A DNA stretch of 64,000 bases from NCBI GenBank assembly GCA_951406725.2, contig OX597816.1, forward strand, positions 100,998,001 to 101,062,000, given 5' to 3'. The position numbers and the translations under genes are program-made. The notes under the pieces were generated by a model, which was not told the origin of the DNA, searched no databases, and saw only the letters and a list, made by a program, of their open reading frames with translations. This DNA is from Octopus vulgaris. Taxonomy: Eukaryota. Positions 55,246-64,000 of the stretch are shown here, one piece after another. Every line of letters starts with the position of its first letter. Within the stretch, counting starts at the first letter, position 1.

Positions 55246-57687
55246 CCACTGACTCAAGAAGTAAAAAATTTAATCTGAATAAAAGTTTGATTTGTTATTA
55301 TTTTTCCATGAAATGACCTTGGCTTCTTGTAATGTCAGGCTTCAACAGGCTGAGATTTTCTCTCCGAACTACCCGAGTTAAACTTCCGCCGATATTGGAA
55401 TGTCTCTCCAAATTAAGTTCTATCTTTAAAGCTGCTTTTAAATCATTCTGCAAGAATATTGACTGAGTTTTAATGAATCTTTACATTAAGTGGGAAATGG
55501 GTTTGCGTGTAACTTGATCTAAGTTGCACATGAATCTAGGTATTCCTTGAATCATCGTGCTAAATTCACTTACTGTACTGCACTAACTTTAACACTGTAT
55601 TGACTTGTTTGTTATCCAAAAATGAGATTTGATTGTTTACATGGTACATGTACTTTAGTCTTTGTTGATAATACATCTCATTTAATATGATATATCAAAT
55701 TATGAAATTATATAGTTAACATTGCTTTTAATTGTAATCAGTTAAATTTAAATTGGCATACGAATGACATTTATCAGACTATTAAATATGTTGTATAACT
55801 GATATTTAATATCATGTATTCAGTTCACTGTATTTATAATTCTATATTCGGATGATAATCTAATATTCATTTAACTTAATCTATTTTTGTTGCTATTTCA
55901 TTTACACGTTATACACATAGAATAAATTATATGGTGAAAGCTATCTTTCAATCATCCTGTAATCCATTAACATTAAATAACTAGATCATTTGATAGCCAT
56001 CCTATTGTTTCTAGCATTCCGATTAATACTATCGAAGGCATATTAGTTAGAAACGATCTTACATTTTGTCCCTTGGTGGTGTAAGTACAATTTCTACCGG
56101 TATCAGTTCCAGATTCAGTACATTACGCATTTATGCTATACTGAATTCAATTCAACTGGCTGTAAGAGATGGAGGGTCCCTGAGTCGATAGAACCACAGT
56201 AAAAAAATACTTTATGGTATTTTGTGGCATTTGTGCATCTTAACGTGGATATAGTATAGAAAGCCACAAAACTAACTACGGTATTCGTCTCGAGACAGCA
56301 TCTCGTACAGATGTATTGAACTAAAAAGCATAGTATCATATCATTAGCAGAGGAAAAGTGTTCAGCAGCGGCGGTGAAATTGCTAAGTCTAGATTTCTGG
56401 ATTTTTTTTTTTTTGCGTCATCAGTAGCAAATATCTTCTAGCAACTGCATTATCCACTTTAGGTAAAATATACACAATGCTTTTGTTAAAAAGGTGACTT
56501 GCTAAATTACTTATTTCGTTAAGGGCTAGAAGTACCATATCATGTGTACATAGGCTAAGCATATTAGTCTTAGAAGATTATTCTTGTTTTTATTTTTATA
56601 TGGTATTGTTTCTAATGTTTTTAAGTCACCGAAAAACAGAGTTTAGATTATATTTGCTATTCTGAAAAATATGGTCTGCTAACTTTCTCTGAGCCTTTGT
56701 ACTATACTATATTTGCGAGCGAGAACTGGCCATACATTCAATCTATCATTTTACTGGAAAAGATTCCGGATCTTTCTTTTTCTCACTTAGATACATGCCT
56801 TCTTAAATAAACTAATCAACCTTATCTATCTTATACACTGAAACAGCTATAATTAAACTCTGCTGTTTCTCGTTTGTTCTCCGGAGACAAGTTTAATATA
56901 GCTGTTTATCTTGAAACAATTTATGAACCAATTATGGATCTGACTGAAATAGATATTGAAAGCTTTATAGTTGAAGATATTCACAGAGATTATTAGCCAT
57001 TGACACTAATCGATTTTAACAAGATCCGGCTAACCTTCTTGACAGATTTAGCGATGCTACACTCACGCTTGCAACACGCAGACATCACGCACAGTTAAAG
57101 CGCAATCGTACACGCACTTGCACACGTATTCATTCTTATTCATACTTATATATATATATGTGTGTGTGTGTGTATGTGTGTGTGTGTGTGTGTAAATATA
57201 TGCATACATATATATATATACACACGTACATAGATAGATACATAGATACATATATGTATATATTTATATATATATACATGCATACATACATATATACACA
57301 TCATACACACAAACACACACACAGACGCATGTATGTGGTGAACAAAATGAGGAGTTTGTAAACATTTAAACATGAAATTTCATTTCAAGACATGGAAGTG
57401 GGGAAGATTTTCATGTGATGTGCATTTTGTAAGATTTACTTGCCGCTGGGGGATGGTAATAAATTAAATTTTAAATTTATGGAGTTCAAAAGAACTTAAT
57501 AAATGGCATGTGGGTAAAAAAAACCCCAACAATGCTCAATAATTTTATAAATTGATGATAATATATTGTTGTGAATTAGTATTGTAGAGAATCTATATTT
57601 ATATCTGAACCTTAATGCAGATGAAAGTTAATGGTACATAAATTAAAAATGACGTATATAGCTGTGTTGGGAGGTATGTAACAATGC

Positions 57688-57727
<40 letters not shown>

Positions 57728-58285
57728 CAATGGGGTGGATGCTTGTTTGTGTTGGTTCTTTTTGTATGTGCTAACGGAAGATTATGTATAAATAGCGTTG
57801 TAAAGTGATCGTCATAAGAAAAAAAAATTTCAAGCTTTTATCTATGGACATTAAGGCATTGCATATCCGTCTTAGTCACTTATAATTCACAAAGGGATTA
57901 GCGAAAAATTGTCTCAGCATAACCCCAGTCCAATGACTGAAAAAACTAAAAAATTAATTTTAAGAATCAATAATCTTTATTATTTTGAATTTGCGTCATA
58001 TGTCACTTGCTGTGAAAAATGCTTTGGGAAAAAATCGGACAAGCGATATGAAATTAAATATTAATAAAATACTTCATAAATATTTCCAGCGACGAATATT
58101 TGTTTCTCTGCTTTACCTTTCCTTCTTTAGATAAATCCCACTGCAAACCAGCTCATGCAAATCTTTCTTATTATAACTTCAGGTTTCCCAATACCTTTGC
58201 AAGTCGTACGTATGTACATACACTCATGAATGTGTGTGCGTGTGTTTGTTTGTGTGTGTGTGTGTGTGTGTGTTTGTGTGAGTGT

Positions 58286-58343
<58 letters not shown>

Positions 58344-58884
58344 AAATGTCGGTGTGAATATCGGCGAAAAAGACAAAGAAAAGAAAAGGAAAGATAGAGA
58401 GAGAAATAAAACCAAAACAGGGATTTTGTGAGACGAGTTACGTATGTAGTTTGTGAGAAAAGTATATAGAATTTATTGATGACTGAAGTCAAGTGCGAGA
58501 AGTAAATAAGTAAAGTAGCAAACAGTCAGAGAACAGAAATCTCATAGCACCCCGCCACCCAGTTCAGTCTGGCAAGAAAGATGTTTGGAAAGGTGGAGTT
58601 TAAGAAATTGCTGTCGCTAAAGATCTCATTCGTGGGAAATCACTCGTTATAACTAAAAATTGCCTAGCTAAGAAAAAACATTTAAAAATGCTCATGTGTG
58701 AGCTAACCCAAAAAGACAAGACATTTAGTAGGGGGAAAAAGAGAGGGAAAAGACAAGGATATATAAAACTACACCTTGGTATTTACCAAAGATGCAACAC
58801 AGTGGGATAGAACGCGGGGTCTAATGGTCACGAAGCAAACCATTTCAAAATATGTGTCAAGAATACAGTATATAGTGACAATCA

Positions 58885-59040
58885 TGGCTGTGCAGTTTAG
58901 AAGCTCGCTTTGCAACCACGTCGTTCCAGATTCAGTCACAACACAGCAATTTGAACAAGAAACTTGTACTATAACCGTGGGCCACCTAATGCCTTGTAAG
59001 TACATTTGGCAGAAGGAAACTGTGATGAAGTTCCTCGTTT
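58885..59040 (+). mobile_element. Old family A SINE 5' part
   Basis: tggctgtgcagtttagaagctcgctttgcaaccacg...ttcagtc...aatgccttgtaagtacatttggcagaaggaaactg. Confidence 0.6.
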
Positions 59041-59050
59041 ATATAATAGG

Positions 59051-59085
<35 letters not shown>

Positions 59086-59110
59086 CTAGCTAGCTAGCTA
59101 GCTAGCTAGC

Positions 59111-59218
<108 letters not shown>

Positions 59219-59729
59219 CAATATACACAGGTTCTAAGGTCTATGTAATAGACTTTACCTTTCCCTTAAATTTGATACTTATGTAAGAAATTAATATTCA
59301 TACCTATATTTTTGAGAGCTTTTATCTCCGTTCGTCGTAGATGTCTTATTTCGGGTTGATTACCGCAGTACTAGACTAGATTCGGACTAGGAAACAGAAC
59401 AAAATACCAGATGATGATAGGAGATCAATCAATCGAAAAGTGGTGTAAATGTAAATATTGTTTTAAATTTCATCGCTAAATATCACTAGCGTAGCTGGAG
59501 GTAGGGGCAATCCGCCCCAGGCGGCACATACCGAATGTCCAAATAATTATATTTCAAGAAAGGATGTTTGACATGTGTCGTATTTGCACAACAGTTAGGT
59601 GATATTAGGTTGGCGTACATACATACATACATACATACATACATACATGCATACATACATTCATACATACATACATACTTACATACATACTTACATATAC
59701 ATACATACATACATACATACATACATACA

Positions 59730-59765
<36 letters not shown>

Positions 59766-60156
59766 CCTATATACATACATACATACTTACATACATACTT
59801 ACCTACCTACCTACATACATACATACATGCATACATACATACATACATACACACATACATACATACATACATACATACATACATACATACATACATACAT
59901 ACATACAATATGAGTGCTATATTATAACTGCTGAGTAAGGTTTCTAATGGACAAATCGCTGATTCACCGAATTTCTGCGACTGACAAGAGAGTGTCAGTA
60001 ACTTGGTACAAGGCAAATATCGGAAATATTGCTTGAATTTCCTTTCTAAGAGAACCGTTTACTAGTCACGCTGAAGCACCCTTCAAAGCGGTGCCCCAGT
60101 ATGGCCGCAGTACTGAAATAAATGAAAGATAAAAGACTAACACACACACAAACACA

Positions 60157-60196
<40 letters not shown>

Positions 60197-60201
60197 ACAC
60201 A

Positions 60202-61502
60202 CAGGGGTAAGTCAAAAATTATATGCACCCTTTTGTAATTTATTAAGATAAAAGCAGTGGTTGAACATTTACAAAGTTTTTCTGACATAGTTCCTTTGAT
60301 TTTCGATGCATTTCTTCCAACGGTCCACAAGTTTGTTTATTCCATCGGAGAAGGTTTTCGGCTGGTCGCTCAGCCATATATGCACCACTACCTGCACTTC
60401 TCCATCCGTAGCAAAGCGACGACCTCGTAAAAGATGTTTGAGCGACCCAAAGAGTTGATAGTCAGAAGGGCTGAGAATTGGATTCTGTGCAGTAACTCAT
60501 TCTAGCCACTCGAACCCCAATCTTTCAATGGTTTCAACGGTGTAGGCGGCCGTATGTGGGCGTGCATTGTCGTGTAACACTGACACTTGATTTGACAATA
60601 GACCACGATGTTTGGTATGAATTACTGATTTCAGTTTGTTTGCCAGGATTTCACTATAGCCTACACTGGTAACTGTAGACCCCTTTTATCAATTAATGTT
60701 TCAGTATAGACATTCTTGCGTTCTAAAAACAAAAACAGCAGCACTTTTTCTGTGAAAAGTTGAGTCTTCAATTTCTTCTTTTTTTTTTTTTGGCTGACAA
60801 TTACGGATGTGTTCACTGTATACTCTGCCTTTTAGATTCAAAGTGTTAGACCCAGGTCTCATTCTCAGATCTCATTTCAGATCTCAAAGCATTGGAACCA
60901 GATCTCATTCCTCTTGACTATCCTCTCCAAAAAAGCTTTGCCTTCATCGTTGTAGCGGTCGAGTAAGTGTTGATAGACTTCCACATGACAGTGATTATGC
61001 TCTTCTATAAACTCTCTTGGCAACCATCTTGCACAGACTTTATGGAAGCGATTTCATATGCAGATCCACGACGAATTTTCAGAGGATATATTACTTCATT
61101 GATGGTCACTCGTCGGTTCGCCAGAACCATATCTAGAGCTTGTTGAATCTTCCCGTCAGTGGTGGAGGTTGATGAGCTTCCTGATCCCTCTTCGTGCATT
61201 ACGTTTGTCCAGCCAGTCTTAAATTTCCTGATCCACTCCCACACACTGCTAAGCAGTAGTACGCTGTCCTTGTATTGTCCAAAAAAAAAAAAAAAAAAGC
61301 CTACGATAAATTTCGGCTCCTGAAACACTTTCAGACCAGAGAACTCGGATCACTGACCTCTCTTCTTCCTTAGTGCACAATGCCAGTGGAGCAAGAGTGG
61401 TAAAAACTGGGTTACGTAAGCACGCGAGCGCTGAAGGCAGTGCCCACGACTCTAAGAAAGTTTTGGCGAAATTGCGGATAAATAATATTTGATTTCCCTT
61501 GG
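60202..61502 (-). mobile_element. Near full-length decayed mariner transposon (about 1.3 kb)
   Basis: Imperfect TIRs caggggtaagtcaaaaattat / ataatatttgatttcccttg. Frameshifted transposase: CTKEEERSVIRVLWSESVSGAEIYRRL, VWEWIRKFKTG.T...EEGSG..ST, NRRVTI.E, GDETWV-like region, LHDNARPHTAA, PSDYQLFGSLK..LRGRRF, GINKLVDRWKKCIE...NYV. Confidence 0.92.
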
Positions 61503-61596
61503 TGTGTGTGTGTATGTATGTATGCATATATGTATGTATATATATATGTGTGTGTGTGTAATATATATATATATATATATGCCTGTGTATGCACAC

Positions 61597-61691
<95 letters not shown>

Positions 61692-61792
61692 TAGTGTATG
61701 TATGTAATATATATAGCTGGGTATGCGTACAGTATTGGCGAATATATCAATGTGCGCATATATTATTCACATATATATGTATGTGTGTGTGT

Positions 61793-61838
<46 letters not shown>

Positions 61839-62382
61839 AAAGCGAGGAGATAATATGCGTGTGCGTAGTGCGCGTATGTGTGTGCGTGTATTTCTCCGTC
61901 AGCAATAGCCTACTTCACACTGGCAATAAAACAAGAAAGGAAAAGAGGGAAGTGAAAAGATGAAGGATCTTCGATGGAGCAGTTAGAATGAAAGACTTTG
62001 AACTAGGCCCAATATGTCTTTTCTATTGCTCTTAAAACACCATGAACTTGGCATTTTTTCAGATAGACAGTAAAGGGATTCATACATACATACATACATA
62101 CATACATACATACATACATACATACATACATACATACATACATAGGCAATGTAGGTAAAATGGAGTGTATGTAGGTTAATAGCTAAATTGATAGACAGAT
62201 GAGGCACATATATATATATATACATATACACGTTGGGTAAGGAAAATGGTGTGTGTGAGTGTGTGTGTGCGCGTGTGCAGACAAAATCTAAGGCACACAA
62301 GATAATCTCTAACGTAACGAGGTAGGTTGGAAAGTAAATAAATAGCTAAATAGAGAAGGTAGATAGATAGATAGATAGATAT

Positions 62383-62439
<57 letters not shown>

Positions 62440-62488
62440 TAGACAGGCAGACATACAGACAAACAGAGAGACTGACAGACAGACAGAC

Positions 62489-62613
<125 letters not shown>

Positions 62614-62628
62614 TAGATAGATAGATAA

Positions 62629-62680
<52 letters not shown>

Positions 62681-62949
62681 CAAGTAATTAGCAAAAACAT
62701 TAAAGACACTGAGACAAAACAGAAGTTAAGATAGAGATAGGTAGGTAGATATATAAGATAAACATATAGCCTTGGTAGATCAATGAAGATTATAACGATG
62801 ATGCAGATTAGGTTATTTTTTCTCCCGATTCCACTTCATATCCTTCCTGATAATAGTTATTTATACACACTTATGCACAGATTTGTTCGTTCATATAGTT
62901 CAGCAATGTCTTTTAATAAAGAAGGTCGTCGTGTGTCAGTGAAGGTAGA

Positions 62950-63152
62950 AAGAGCAAGAATAAGGCCGGACAAAAAGCTTTACAGCATTTCGTCTATCTT
63001 TAAGCTCTGTGGTAATCATCTTAGCCTTTCACCCTCTTGAAATCGATAAAGTAAGCACCAGTTGAATATTGAGATCGATGTAATCGATTACTCCCCTTTC
63101 CCAAAATTTCAGGTGGTGTGCTTATAGTAGAGAAGGTTATATTATTATTATT
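62950..63152 (+). mobile_element. SINE family B (diverged)
   Basis: ggccggacaaaaagctttacagcatttcgtct...gcctttcaccc...tcgataaagtaagcaccagttg with an (ATT)n tail. Confidence 0.7.
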
Positions 63153-64000
63153 CTCCTCTGAAGATCACTACGAATTTGGCATCTTCCATTAGTATGGTTG
63201 CATTTGGCGGTGCCAATTAGTGTTGAAAGTACTTGGGAAAATCTCGATTGTTTCTGGGCATTCTGTGCCATGCTTCCTTCACACGCACACACATATTATC
63301 ATTTCAGCCACCTCATTAAACCCGGGGAAGTTGTTATGATTCCAATCACGTAGCAACTCTATTATTTTACCAAAAAGCAAACATTTGTTATTTGTTCTCA
63401 ACATTAGTCTTTTTCTTACATCTCTGGTGAAAAGTTCATTGCTTCCATCAGTACTTCGTGAATCTTCTCTCTGTTGTCTTTCCTAAGGTCAGTCCCACCC
63501 AAGTGAATCCGTTACACAGTCACAAGGTCAACATTGCCTTTCATTCTTTGGTAGTCGATAACAGAAAGTACTAGTCAACAACTAAACTCCTCTAGTCAAT
63601 TTTTCTAGTCTTGTATGCTGTTCGATGAATAAAAGTAACCTAACAGAGAAAAGTACTCAGTGTCATAAATATGCGATCAACTAAAATGCTTCTTAGCGAA
63701 GAAGGAGAAAGAACACATATATTTTCATCATAGAATGAACAAACAAGAGCTTTCCTTATGCCCTCAAAGCAGCAACTGGGGTTAGCCCTGGTAGAATTGT
63801 AGATAGGTGAAATGCGAATTGCAGAGGGAAGTAGCAAGCGCTTTATCATGGATATATGGCTAGGAGCATGTGAGAGAAACATCATATCTGAAATGACAAA
63901 TCCTTATGTGCTCCATATTAAGTGCAGAAAAAAGTCAGTGATCAGGTAGAAAGTATTTCGTCCCAGAAAAAAAAAAAAAGAAAAATGGCGAAGACAACAC

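Overview
AT-rich, extremely microsatellite-dense eukaryotic DNA. The repeat landscape and the one recognisable host gene point to a mollusc, most likely a cephalopod such as Octopus (inference, no database search). The only well-supported host coding sequence is a minus-strand exon (about 18216-18452) of a molluscan-type insulin-like peptide precursor. It encodes a signal peptide, a three-cysteine B chain and an RQRR cleavage site, and ends in a phase-1 GTAAG donor. I could not find the A-chain exon in the window. The rest is intronic or intergenic: at least three SINE-like families in many copies, decayed LINEs of four kinds (Tx1/L1-like, RTE, CR1/L2/I-group, REL-endonuclease type), decayed mariner and DD37D (maT) transposons, MITEs and palindromes, and short TA-embedded elements carrying minimal hammerhead-ribozyme motifs. 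Two SINE families appear to share 3' tails with two different LINEs present in the same window. Almost all ORFs in the supplied track are microsatellite read-throughs. I do not see convincing evidence of a wholly new biological system. Repeat boundaries are read by eye and approximate.
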